This document shows positions 24,190-36,462 of a DNA stretch of 64,000 nucleotides, piece after piece. How positions within the stretch are numbered: the stretch's first letter is position 1; every line of letters starts with the position of its first letter. This stretch comes from Squalus acanthias. Lineage: Eukaryota. The position numbers and the translations under genes were made by a program. The notes under the pieces are model-generated. The model saw only the letters and a list, made by a program, of their open reading frames with translations. It did not search any database and had not been told where the DNA came from. The DNA is taken from positions 12,834,001-12,898,000 of the forward strand of contig CM059432.1 of assembly GCA_030390025.1 (NCBI GenBank), given 5' to 3'.

Positions 24190-27100
24190 AAATTTGTTTC
24201 TGGGATGTGGGCATCCCTGGCAAGACCAGCATTTATTGCCCATCCCTAATTGCCCTTGAGAAGGTGGTGGTGGGCCACATACTTGAACCGCTGCAGTCCA
24301 TGTGGTGAAGGTACTCCCACAGTGCTGTTAGGGAGGGAGTTCCAGGATTTTGACCCAGCGACGATGAAGGATTGGCGATATATTTCCAAGTCAGGATGGT
24401 GTGTGACATGGAGGGAAACTTGGAGGTGGTGGTGTTCCCATGCGCCTGTTGCCCTTGTCCTTCTAGGTGGTAGAGGTTGGGAAGTGCTGTCGAAGAAGCC
24501 TTGGTGAGTTGCTGCAGTGCATCTTGTAGATGGTATACACTGCAGCCACAGTACGCCAGAATTTAAGGTGGTGGATGGGTTGCCAATCAAGTGGGCTGCT
24601 TTGTCCTGGATGGTGTCGAGCTTCTTGAGTGTTGTTGGAGCTACACTCATCCAGGCAAGTGGAGAGTATTCCATCACACTCCTTACTTGTGCCTTGTAGA
24701 TGGTGAAAAGGCTTTGGGGAGTCAGGAAGTGAGATATTCGCTGCAGAATACCCAGCCTCTGACCTGCTCTTGTAGCCACAGTATTTATGTGGCTGGTCCA
24801 GTTAAGTTTCTGGTCAATGGTGACCCCCAGGGTGTTGATGTTGGGGGTTTCGGCGATGGTAATGCCGTAAATGTCAAGGGGTGGTGGTTAGACGCTCTCT
24901 TGTTGCCGATAGTCATTGCCTGGCACTTGTGTGGCGCGAATGTTACTTGCCATTTATTAGACCAAGCCTGAATGTCGTCCAGGTCTTGCTGCTTCATTCA
25001 CTGAGGAATTGCAAATGGAACTGAACACTGTGCAATCATCAGCGAACATCCCTACTCCTGACCTTATGAGGCAGGGAAGGTCATTGATGAAGCAGCTGAA
25101 GATGGTTGGCATCGGACATTGCCCTGAGGAACTCCTGCAGCGATGTCCTGGGGTAGAGGTGATTGGTCTCCAACAACCACAAACATCTTCCTTTGTGCTA
25201 GGTATGACTCCAGCCAGTGGAGAGTCTTTTACCTGATTCTCATTGACTTCACTTTTACTAGGGCTCCTTCATGCCACACTCGGTCAAATGCTGCCTTGAT
25301 GTCAAGGGCAGTCACTCTCACCTCACTCTGGAATTCAGCTCCTTTGTCCATGTTTGGACCAAGGCTGTAATGAGGTCTGGAGCTGAGTGGTCCTGGTGGA
25401 ACCCAAACTGAGCATCAGTGAGCATGGTGAGTAAGTGCTGTGTGATAGCACTGTCGATGACACCTTCCATCACTTTGCTGATGATTGAGAGTGGACTGAT
25501 TGGGCGGTAATTGGCTGGATTGGATTTGTCGTGCTTTTTGTGGACAGGACATACCTGGGCAGTTTTCCACAATGTCGGGTAGATGCCAGTGTTGTAGCTG
25601 TACTGGAACAGCTTGGCTAGCAGCGTGGCTAGTTCTGGAGCACAAGTCTTCAGCACGACAGCCGGGATATTGTCGGGGCCCATAGCCTTTGCTGTATCCA
25701 GTGCACTCAGCCGTTTCTTGATATCACGTGGAGTGAATCCAATTGGCTGAAGACTGGCTTCTGTGATGATGGGCACCTCAGGAGGAGGCCAAGATGGATC
25801 ATCCACTCGGCACATCTGGCTGAAGGTGGTTGCAAACGCTTTAGCCTTGTCTTTTGCACTTGCATGCTGGGCCCTGCCATTACTGAAGATGGGGATGTTC
25901 ATGGAGCCCCCTCCCCCTGTCAGTTATTTAATGGTCCACCACCATTTACGACTGGATGTGGCAGGACTGCAGAGCTTTGATCTGATCCATTAGTTGTGGG
26001 ATCGCTTAGCTCTGTCTATAGCATGCTGCTTCTGTTGTTTAGCATGCATGTAGTCCTGTGTTGCAGCTTCCCCAGGTTGGCATCTCATTTTTAGGTACAA
26101 CTGGTGCTGCTCCTGGCATGCTCTTCTACACTCCTCATTGAACCAGGGTTGGTCGCCTAGCTTGATGTTAATTGTCGAGTGAGGGATATGCCGAGCCATG
26201 AGGTTACAGATTGTGGTGGAATACAATTCTGCTGCTGCTGATGGCCTACAGCGCCTCAATAATGCCCAGTTTTGAGCTGCTAGATCTGTTCTGAATCTAT
26301 CCCATTTAGCACGGTGGTAGTGCCACACAACACAATGGAGGGTTTCCTCAGTATGAAGACGGGACTTCGTCTCCACAAGAACTGTGTGGTGATCACTACT
26401 ACCAATACTGTCACAGACAGATGCGTCTGCGACAGGTAGATTGGTGAGGACGAGGTCAAGTAGGTTTTTCCCTCAATTTGGTTCTCTCACCACCTGCCGC
26501 AGGCCCAGTCTGGCAGCTATGTACTTCAGGCCTCGGCCAGCTCGGTCAGTAGTGGTGCTACTGAGCCACTCTTGGTGATGGACATTGCAGTCCCCCACCC
26601 AGAGTACATTCTGTGCCCTTGCTACCCTCAGTGCTTCTTCCAAGTGGTGTTCAACATGGAGGAGTACTGATTCATCAGCTGAGGGAGGGCGGTCGGTGGT
26701 AATCAGCAGGAGGTTTCCTTGCCCATGCTTGACCTGATGCCATGAGACTTCATGGGGACCAGAGTCAATGTTGAGGACTCCCAGGACCACTCCTCTCCGA
26801 CTGTATAGCACTGTGCCGCCACCGCTGCTGGGCCTGTCCTGCTGGTGGGACAGGACATACCCAGGGATGGTGATGGAGGAGTTTGAGACATTGGCTGGAA
26901 GGCATGATTCTGTGAGTATGACTATGTCAGGCTGTTGCTTGACTAGCCTGTGGGACAGCTCTCCCAATTTTGGCACAAGTCCCCAGATGTTGGTGAGGAG
27001 GACTTTGCAGGGTCGACTGGGCTGGGTGTGCCGTTGTCATGACCGAAGCCGGTGCCGAGGTCGATGCTGGGTGGTCTGTCCGGTTTTATACTTATTATTG

Positions 27101-27435
27101 TTTCTTGCAGCAGTTTGTTGCACTGAGTGGCTTGTTAGGCCATTTCAGAGAGCAGTTAAGAGTCAACCACATTGCTGTGGCAGTCACATATAGGCCAGAC
27201 CAGGTAAAGACGGCAGATTTCCTTCCCTAAAGGACATTAATGAACCAAATGTATTTTTATGACAATCCGGTAGTTTTATGGTCACCATTACTGATACTAG
27301 CTTTTTATTCCAGATTTATTTCATTAACAGAATTTAAATTCCATTGCTGCCGTGGTGTAATTTGACCTCACGTCTCCGGATTATTAGTCTAGGCCTCTGG
27401 ATTACTAGTACAGTATCATAACCACTATGCTACCG
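24190..27435 (-). mobile_element. Apparently full-length CR1-group LINE (family T): tRNA-like 5' head, single APE-endonuclease/RT reading frame with frameshifts
   Basis: EN motifs (PDIVILTES, GGGTVLY, WVGDCN) and RT motifs (KAMGPDNIP, NYRPIS, QFGF, DIKAAFDRVWH) spread over ORFs 26473-26976, 25990-26376, 25318-25902 and 24246-24779; 3' UTR shared with many fragments. Confidence 0.88.
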
Positions 27436-28539
27436 GCCCCATGAAATAAGGAAGGCACAAGGGTGGAGTTGTGGTGAGGGGAGGGCAGGAAAGCAAGAGG
27501 TGCATGCCAGAAGGAGGATAACATATGAGGATACCAGCATCTTGTATCCATTCTGCCCCACCGCTGGCCAAGGGCTCAGCCATGCCCCTGCCAAGAATGG
27601 CCTGCACCGTGTCCTCCAAGGGGGTGAGGTAAAGCTAGGAATGGGAGGTGTGCCTTGGGATTGGTAAAGACTGTTGGTAGGTGAGTAATTGTGGGGGGGA
27701 GTCATGCATTGAGCAGTGTGTGAGGCTAGTGATGCAGTTGGTAGGAGACGGCTTTTGATGATGCATTCACTGACCTTGACCAGTGGTCTGAGGTCATGAC
27801 GCCTCTTTGGTCACTGGAGCCAGGTGGTGGAGGGCGACATTGCTGGCTATGATGGCCTCAGTCATGTGGTCTCACATCCTTCTTTCTGGAGGGCCTCCTG
27901 GCCCCTGTGGGTAGAGGACCTCTCTTGCAGTGTTGACCCCCTGCACAAAGCTGGAATGTTGCTGTGCGAGACCCTGAGTGTCCTTTAACTGGCTTGCTGA
28001 GCCATTTGTGTTAGTGCTGAAGCACTTTTCCCATTTTTTTAGGTTCGGAAAGGAATTCAGCTTTAACAGCTGAAGATTCCCATTTGGGACTTCTTTTTAA
28101 TGTTCATTTTTTTTAAAAAGGCAGTAAGGGCTGAAAACAGTATTTTTTTACTTCATTTTTATTTTTATTAGTTCAGAAGGCATTGCCCTTTTAATGCATT
28201 GCCCTTTTAAGGCATTGCCCTTTTGATTTCCCACAATGCCTAGCCAACTCTATTGCCTCGCTTCCAGAGGCTGTTGGAAGCTGGAACGCCGCTTCTGGAT
28301 GGCAACTTCACCTCTGATGCCTGCACTAACGCAACCAGGAGGGCGTTACACGGTAAGTTAGCGCTGGGCTAAAAATCTTTAGCACCCAGCGCAAATTTTT
28401 TTCTTCGTGCATTTTCAGCGGCCGTTAACCCACGGCCGCGGTGACACCGGCAACTCTTGTGGCAGCCACGAAATTTTAGCCCATTGGCTTGTACAACACT
28501 TGCAAGGAGGTCCTAGCCGGGATTAACGGGCTGTGATAG

Positions 28540-29690
28540 GTGACTCAACACTTGTATTCGGTCATTGCAGAGTCTGAGATCATTAACCTGAAGTCATATA
28601 TGTTTTAGTCAGGCAACACTTGAATGCTGCATTCAGGTCTGGTTACCAAGGCACAAAGGAATCAAACAAGTCGGCCAAATGGACTATTCCAGTCCTGTAT
28701 AAGTCCTGGAGGTGGTGCAAGGAAGGACCACAAGGCTGATGCTAAAGTCAGAAGACTGAATTATAAGAAAAAGTTAGAAAACTAGGACTTTTTAGCCTTG
28801 AAAGGAGTTAAGTGAAAGAGGATCCTTTAGCGGTATATAGGATTTGAAGAGCCTGAAATTGGGATGGGGCCATTCCATTGACACAAGAGCGGCAGATCAA
28901 AGCCCACATCCACCCAAATGTAAAGTCGCGGGCCTGATCCCAAATTATGGGGACAGGGACATTTGCAAGGTCAGGGTGGGTGACTCTCACCTGTAAGGGT
29001 GCTTCAGCTAAATCTGCCAGGAGCAAAATTGGCGGAACGCCATACCACTCTGAGGGTGGAAGTGGGGCCCGAGGGGGTCCCTTGGAAAAGCTGCTGTAAA
29101 TTTTCTTCCGTTCCTGTGGGAACTTGCGAGCTTTTCCAATCGATGCCCTCTGGGGTACAGTCTTGGGGCCTTAGCTAGCAAAAATTCCGCTGAGACCTTA
29201 AAAAAGCATACTGGGTGGAATTCCTGGAGTAACCGTTCAGACAAGCCCCTTGATGAAGGGAGCATGACCAGAAGATTTGTTCTCCTCCCCCCACCAGAGT
29301 TTCCCACCGCAGCGTCCGAACAAGATTCCACCCCATTTACCAACCCGCATCAGGCAGATTAATGCCCTGGGTCCCATTAGAACTTTGGGCCCTAAGTGGA
29401 ATAGAAAAAGTTTGTCAAGAGCACTATTTCAGTGTAAACTATCACTGCATGACAAGGGGCTATAGGTACAAACTGGTGAAAGGCAAGGTTAGAACTGATG
29501 TCAGGAACCATTTCTCAATACAAAGAGTGACTAATATCTGGAATCGTCTCCCAGGTAGGGTGGTGGAGCTAAACATTGTGGAATCATTCAACAGGCAGTC
29601 GGAATCGGTGAAGGAAGGATTGTAGATTTGTAAACTTAAAAGAGCTAGATGGACTGAATGACCTCCTTTACCTGCATTTGTGATCTTTGT
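28540..29690 (+). mobile_element. Old CR1 3' fragment split by a GC-rich MITE-like insert (~28870-29370)
   Basis: TRGYRYKLVKGKVRTDVRNHFSIQRVTNIWNRLP is a CR1 C-terminal motif. Confidence 0.6.
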
Positions 29691-29854
29691 GATTGCTGGA
29701 GTTTGTTATTTTAAGGTGTTCTATTTCTGTATGCAGTTTATAGGGTCAATTCCACAGCTTGGCCAACAAATAGCTCATGGTCCAGATGCCCAGAAGTGCT
29801 CCTTCGCTGGTTAAATGATGTTCTCCTTCCTTTTAGGGATACACTTATGAGCCT

Positions 29855-30785
29855 CATAAGAACATAAGAAATAGGAGCAGGAGTAAGCTACTTGGTCCCT
29901 CGAGCCTGCTCCGCCATTCAATAAGATCATGGCTGATCTGATCTTGGCCTCAACTCCACTTTCTTGCCCGCTCCCCATAACCCTTGACTCCCCTATAGTT
30001 CAAAAATCTATCCTTAAATATATTCAATGACCCAGCCTCCATAGCTCTCTGGGGTAGAGAATTCCAAAGATTCACGACCCTCTGAGAGAAGAAATTCCTC
30101 CTCATCTCCGTTTTAAATGGGTGACCCCTTATTCTGAAACTATGCCCTCTAGTTCTAGATTCCCCCACGAGGAGAAACATCCTCTCTGCATCAACCCTGT
30201 CAAGCCCCCTCAGAATCTTATATGTCTCAATAAGATCACCTCTCATTCTTCTAAACTCCAATGAGTATAGGCCCAACCTGCTCAACCTTTCTTCATAAGA
30301 CAACCCCCTCATTTCAGGAATCAACCTAGTGAACCTTCTCTGAACTGCCTCCAAAGCAAGTATATCCCTCCCTAAATAAGGAGACCAAAACTGCATGCCG
30401 TACTCCAGATGTGGTTTCACCAACGCCCTGTGCAGTTGTAGCAAGACTTCCCTACTTTTATACTCCATCCCCCTTGCAATAAAGGCCAACATTCCATTTG
30501 CCTTCCTAATTACTTGCTGTACCTGCATGCTAACTTTTTGTGTTTCATGTACAAGGACCCCCAGATCCCTCTGTACCGCAGCATGTCTGTAGTCTCTCTC
30601 CATTTAAATAATAATTTGCTTTTTTATTCTTCCTGCCAAAGTGGATAACCTCACATTTTCCCACATTATACTCCATCTGCCAAATTTTTGCCCACTCACT
30701 TAACCTATCTATATCCCTTTGTGTCCTCCTCACAACTTGATTTCCCACCTATCTTTGTATCATCAGCAAATTTGGCTACATTACA
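29855..30785 (-). mobile_element. CR1 LINE 3' fragment
   Basis: ORF 29950-30603 (QRDLGVLVHE...RNFFSQRVVNLWNSLP); (TTCTTATG)n tail. Confidence 0.92.
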
Positions 30786-31040
30786 CTCCTCCACTTGATA
30801 TCTCCAGCAGCTATCAGCTAGGACTGAAAACACATCTCCTGTGCCGACCAGGGCCTACTGCTTTGTACTATAAGTTGCAATTCCATCACAGTGTTTTATT
30901 AAATTCGTTCTCAGTATGAGAACTGACCTCATTGATGAAGCAACTGAAGATGGTTGGGCCGGGGATGTTTCCCTGAGGAACTCCTGCAGTGATGTCCTGC
31001 AGTTGTGATGACTGGCCTCCAACAACCACACCCATCTTCC

Positions 31041-32014
31041 ATAACAACAGAAAATGCTGGAAACACTCAGCAGGTCAGGCAGCATCGAGGAGAGAGAATA
31101 GAGTAACATTTCGAGTCGGGGACCCTTCGTCAGAACTAGGAAAGGTTCGGGAAGAGTGATTTTTAAGCAGGGGCAGGGAGGAGGGGAGGAAAGAAAAAAG
31201 GAAAGGTCTGTGATAGGATGGAAGGCAGGAGAGATTGACTGACTAAAGGGATGATGGTGCGAGGCAAAAGGAGAGGTAATGGGACGAGTTAAGATACAAA
31301 AGATGGCTCTAGATGAGGTGTGAATGATGATGGCAGCAGCATTAACAGCTACCATGTGAGAAAACTAGAGAAAAAAATATATATAAAGATCAAACACGAG
31401 CAGGGAAACAGAAAGCAATGAAGATGAACAAGGTTGAAGAGACGAACGGAAATCCTGTTGGAGAGAAGAGCAGAACTTCTTCAAGGTGGGCATTCCTAGA
31501 AGAGAAGTCATGATGCGGAGATGCCGGTGTTGGACTGGGGTGGACAAAAATGAGAAGTCGCACAACACCAGGTTATAGTCCAACAGTTTTATTTGAAATT
31601 ACGAGCTTTCGGAGCTCTGCTCCTGACTCCTGACGAAGGGGCAGCGCTCTGAAAGCTCGTAATTTCAAATAAAACTGTTGGACTATAACCTGGTGTTGTG
31701 CGACTTCTCATAGAAGAGAAGTGGCAGTGAACTGTTTCTTAACTTGTCCCATCACCTCTCCTTTTGCCTCGCACCATCATCCCTTTTGTCAGTCAATCTC
31801 TCCTGCCTTCCATCCTATCACAGACCTTCCCTTTGTTCTTTCCTCCCCTCCTCCCTGCCCCTGCTTAAAAATCTCTCTTCCCTAACCTTTTCCAGTTCTG
31901 ACAAAGGGTCCCCGAGTCGGAACGTTAACTCTGTTTCTCTCTCCTCGATGCTGAGTGTATCCAGCATTTTCTGTTGTTTTTTCAGATTTCCAGCATCCCC
32001 AGTATTTTGCTATT
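31041..32014. mobile_element. Non-autonomous Penelope-like element with ~250-bp inverted terminal repeats, inserted in a family T fragment
   Basis: 31044-31290 is the imperfect reverse complement of 31742-31980. TSD ACACCCATCTTCC (31028-31040) / ACATCCATCTTCC (32015-32027). Flanks rejoin to family T sequence. Confidence 0.75.
31509..31710. mobile_element. 202-bp Penelope-like fold-back element (second family) nested in the first
   Basis: 60-bp perfect inverted arms 31551-31610 and 31651-31710; perfect 12-bp TSD TAGAAGAGAAGT at 31497-31508 and 31711-31722. Confidence 0.8.
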
Positions 32015-32403
32015 ACATCCATCTTCCGTTGTGTCAGGTATGATTTCAGCCGCTGGTTCGCTCACCTCGAAGTGAGCTGGTAAACAATGATCTATTGTAG
32101 TCCAGGATTTTCAATATAGCAGATTGGCAGCAGTTCATCAGTCTATTTTAATGAGCCATTTAATTGCTTCTAAAGTTCAGTTTGTCTGAGTTATATCATA
32201 TTTAAACAACATTAAATGGCTTGTACTTAACTCGTCATAAATATTAACATCCTGCCATAAAATGTAGAAAGCTAATTGAGGCTTATAGCGCTTTATAGCC
32301 CTGCTTATATCAATACCAAGAGCCATAATATCTTCCCTTTGATACTTTTCACATCCTAGAGAGATAGAGATATGCACAGCCCATCATCAGCTATGATATC
32401 AAA

Positions 32404-34949
32404 GGGCCGAATTTAACAGCCTGCCGAGCATAAACGAGGCGGTAGTGCTCCTCAGATAGCTGTGCAGCGCTTACCCTCCTCGCGCCACCCACCGCCCCCA
32501 CTCCCTCACACCCACCCCGGCTACTGTTTGGATATCGTCTGCTGCCATATTTCTGGGGGTCATCTGAATCAGGCGCAGCCTCATTATTACATGAATATTG
32601 GGGTCCTATGACGTACACAGGACCCCGATGCAATTTCGAGGGACAACTGAGTGGGCCGTGTGCCGTGCACGCTCCGCTCGGCTGTACCAGGCAGTGAAGC
32701 AGGAAAAACCCCACCAGGTAAGTGCAGAGGTATTCGTGCGGGACCAGAAGGAGTAGGCCATTCGGCCCCTCGAGCCTGCTCCGCCATTCGATGAGATCAT
32801 GGCTGATCATCCAAACTCAGTACCCTGTACCTGCCTTCTCCCCATATCCCTTGATCCCTTTAGCTTTAAGAAATATATCTAACTCATTCTTGAATATATT
32901 TAATGACTTGGCCTCAACTACCTTCTGTGGTAGAGAATTCCACAGGTTCGCCACTCTCTGGGTGAAGAAATTCTTCCTCATTTCTGTCCTAAATGGCTTA
33001 CCCGTTATCCTTAGATTATGACCCCTGGTTCTGGACTCTCCGACCATCGGGAACATCTTCCTGCATCTAGTTTGTCCAGACCTGTCAGAATTTTATATGT
33101 TTCGATGAGATCCCCTCTCATTCTTCTATACTCCAGCGAGTATAACCCCCAATCGACCCAATCTCTCCTCATATGTCATTCCTGCCATCCCAGGTATCAG
33201 CCTTGTGAATCTTCGCTGAACTCCTTCCATGGCAAGAACATCCTTCCACAGATAAGGCGACCAAAACTGCACACAGTACTCAAGGTGTGGTCTCACCAAG
33301 GCCCTGTACAACTGCAGCAGGACATCCCTGTTCCTATACTCAAATCCTTTCGCTATGAAGGCCAACATACCATTTGCCTTCTTCACCGCCTGGTGCACCT
33401 GCATGCTTACCTTCAGCGACTGGTGCACAAGGACACCCAGGTCTCGTTGCACTTCCCCTTCTCCCAATCTATTGCCATTCAGATAATAGTCTGCCTTTCT
33501 GTTTTTGACACCAAAGTGGATAACCTCGCATTTATCCACATTATATTGCATCTGCCACGCTTCTGCCCACTCACCAACCTGTCCAAATCATCCTGGAGTT
33601 TCTCGGTATCCTCCTCGCAGCACACACTCCCACCCAGCTTTGTGTCATCTGCAAACTTGGAGATATTACATTTAGTTCCCTTATCTAGATCATTAATGTA
33701 TATTGTGAATAGCTGGGGTCCAAGGACCGATCCCTGCGGTACCCCACTAGTCACTGCTTGCCACTCGGAAAAAGACCCATTAATTCCTACTCTCTGCTTT
33801 CTGTCCACCAACCAGTTCTCTATCCAAGTCAATACCTTGCCCCCAATCCCACGTGCCTTAACTTTACATGCTAATCTCTTTTGCGGGACCTTATCGAAAG
33901 CCTTTTGAAAGTCCAAATACACCACATCTACTGATTCTCCCTTATCTATTTTCCCAGTTACATCCTCAAAAAATTCCAGTAGATTAGTCAAGCATGATTT
34001 ACCTTTTGTAAATCCATGTTGACTTTGTCCGATCCTGTCACTGTTTTTCAAGTGCTCAGCTATTACATCCTTTATAATGGACTCTAGCATTTTCCCCACT
34101 ACCGATGTCAGGCTTACCGGTCTGTAATTCCCCGCTTTCTCTCTACCACCCTTTTTGAATAGTGGGGTAACATTAGCTACCCTCCAATCCATGGGTACAG
34201 TTCCAGATTCCATCGAATGTTGGAAGATGATCAGCAATGCATCTACTATTTCTAGGGCCACTTCCTTAAGTACCCTAGGATGTAGATTATCAGGCCCTGG
34301 GGATTTATTGGCCTTCAATCCCGTCAATTTCCCTAACACCATTTCCCTGCAAATACTGATTTCTTTCAGTTCCTCCCTTTCATCAGACCGTATGTTCTCC
34401 AACATCTCTGGGAGGTTATTTGTGTCCTCCTTTGTGAAGACAGAACCAAAATATGCATTTAATTGGCACGATGCGGTGAGGGCAGCACAGCTATTTCAGA
34501 GGCACTATCGCCCCATTTCCGCTGGGCAGGCCAAGTGCCAGGCTCACCCCCACCCCACCACTGCCCTCGGTTTCTCCTCTTCGCCTGCTCATGGGTTCTT
34601 GCAACTACTCTCACAACAGCTGCTGGCGCGAGACCGCAAGCAAAGATACTCAACTACAGGGGACCCAACCTATATACGGTAAATGCAATGACATTTGTAG
34701 AAGCCATGCGATCGGATGTCACGTGAGCGGGCGTCACATGATCGGGCGTCACGTGATCGGGCCTCACATGGTCAGATGACACGTGGTCAGAGCATCACGG
34801 GATCAAACCACCAACCAGAGTTGGCAAGCCTACTGAAGCTGAAAAGCTGCAGCGGGCTGGTTTCTCAGGGCGTGCAACTCGCCATTGGCATGGCAACGAT
34901 GCCCTCGCTCCCCCCCCGGTCAGATGCCCAAAAGTTAAAACCTACCCCC
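32404..34949. mobile_element. Harbinger-type MITE interrupted by CR1
   Basis: Imperfect inverted ends GGGCCGAATTTAAC / GTTAAAACCTACCCC; abrupt GC-rich boundaries against AT-rich flanks. Confidence 0.5.
32745..34463 (-). mobile_element. CR1 LINE, 5'-truncated, covering the RT domain (frameshifted)
   Basis: ORF 33479-34405 has [38 protein letters not shown]; continues in 33126-33551 and 32817-33056. Confidence 0.95.
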
Positions 34950-35520
34950 ACCTTCATTAAACCATGCCCGAGTGCTGGCCAGCGATGATTGATGGCATTT
35001 GGTCGCATACAATCAAAAACTCATTCAGATGCCGAAGTTGCCACACAGGTAAAGTCAAAAGCTTTTTTTTTGTGTTAAGAGTCCAGGGCCAGTCATAATT
35101 ACTGCAAGGCCCCATCCCTAGTGCCGTATGAGTACAAACCTTATGCCTGCAGAGGTTAATTTGCATAGTAATGGTAATCTCAAATATACTTCTCTCACAA
35201 GGGTGAAATCGCACAGCCAATTAAAATAAGTGGGCTAAGGTCTTAAAATAGAAGACACAGGAATTTCACACGAATAAGCTGCATGCTCACCCCATATATT
35301 TTGATCATGTTCTGCCTGTTTTGGATTTCCATTGTGTCATCTTTCGTTTCACTATGAAATAAAGAAAACAAATTAACAAATTCACGTTCAGTTTTACACT
35401 TTTTTTTTCAAAATAAAAACTTTAGAGCCTTGAAATGCTGTAATTTACAAAGTATTACAAAGTATTTCTAGCACCGAAACAGGCCATTCGATGCAACAGC
35501 TCCATGCCGATGCTTATGCT

Positions 35521-35619
35521 TCAATTTTGCGTGCAGCGTGATTCAGTAGCGCCCGGCACTCATTCTCAAACATTTCAAAAGTTACCGCCCATTCCTGGGC
35601 TATAATGAATTTCTCCCCC
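35521..35619. repeat. Orphan 99-bp copy of the right end of Harbinger C
   Basis: Direct repeat of 41685-41783 with 2 mismatches, including the TIR GAATTTCTCCCCC. Confidence 0.9.
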
Positions 35620-36462
35620 AAGAGTTTTAAAAACATGTTGGAAGTAAAAAGGTGAGCTAAGAAAGCGATGGGATCACTTCAAGACAAAGAGATTGTGGGA
35701 TAGTTATTAGCTTCATCACCTGGGCAGTAATCTGGTGGAGGGGATCGTCCATCTGTTGCAGAACCCATCCCGATTTTCATCCCATTGATTCAATGATGAA
35801 ATTCAACCCCTGAGTGTTCAAAGTACTCAGGCTTTGAAGTCATGCTGTGGGACACAAACCTATGAATGTTTAATCCATTTGTCGACAATTTCTTCTTCCA
35901 CTATTTTAGCAGAGGCACTAACCGGCTTAAAATGACATCGAATTACATAGAGGGGAGAAATTCAGTACCTTTGCACCTCCAGTTAGCGCCTGGCGGGAGC
36001 GCTAACGGGGCGCTGAGGCAGTAGCGCCGCGGCGAGGCGCATCCAGCGACACATGCCAAATCCAGCCCCCCCCCCACCCCGTAGCGCCGGCGCTATGAGT
36101 TAGCGCCGGGGACTTCAGCGCCAGGCAGATCGTGACGTCAGTTAGCGTGCAACGCTCACTGGGCGCCTGATCTGCAAAATTCATTGTCGCCCCCTGCCTT
36201 AGTGCCTCGCCCTGACAGCAACAGGGGGAGGAGGCGTAAAGCAGTCGGTAGCCGGCTCCAGGGGCGCTACTTAAAGGGATCACGAGTAATGAGTCGCAGC
36301 TCTCAGGTTAGCGCAGTTTCACTGCTTCCTTGTCAGTTTGACATTGTGCAACAGTTTAAATCAGTCATTTAAAGGTTGTTTAGTATCAGGAGTGTTGTGG
36401 CTGCTAAAAATTAGTTACATTTATTCTCACAACATATCAAAGTGCTACATTTGGTTACATTA

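Larger units (their letters stand above)
22966..28482. mobile_element. Internally deleted Harbinger element B hosting a full-length LINE
   Basis: TIRs GGGCTAAAAATTT / AAATTTTAGCCC. Retains the acidic transposase tail (23590-23750, +) and the Myb-gene 3' end (AATGVALHDISRIGKGTHKT, -); probable Myb 5' remnant at ~27700-27990. Confidence 0.75.

Noticed and set aside
33018..33908. 296-aa plus-strand ORF and similar antisense ORFs over CR1 copies
   Set aside because: Antisense shadows of CR1 ORF2 with no independent motifs.
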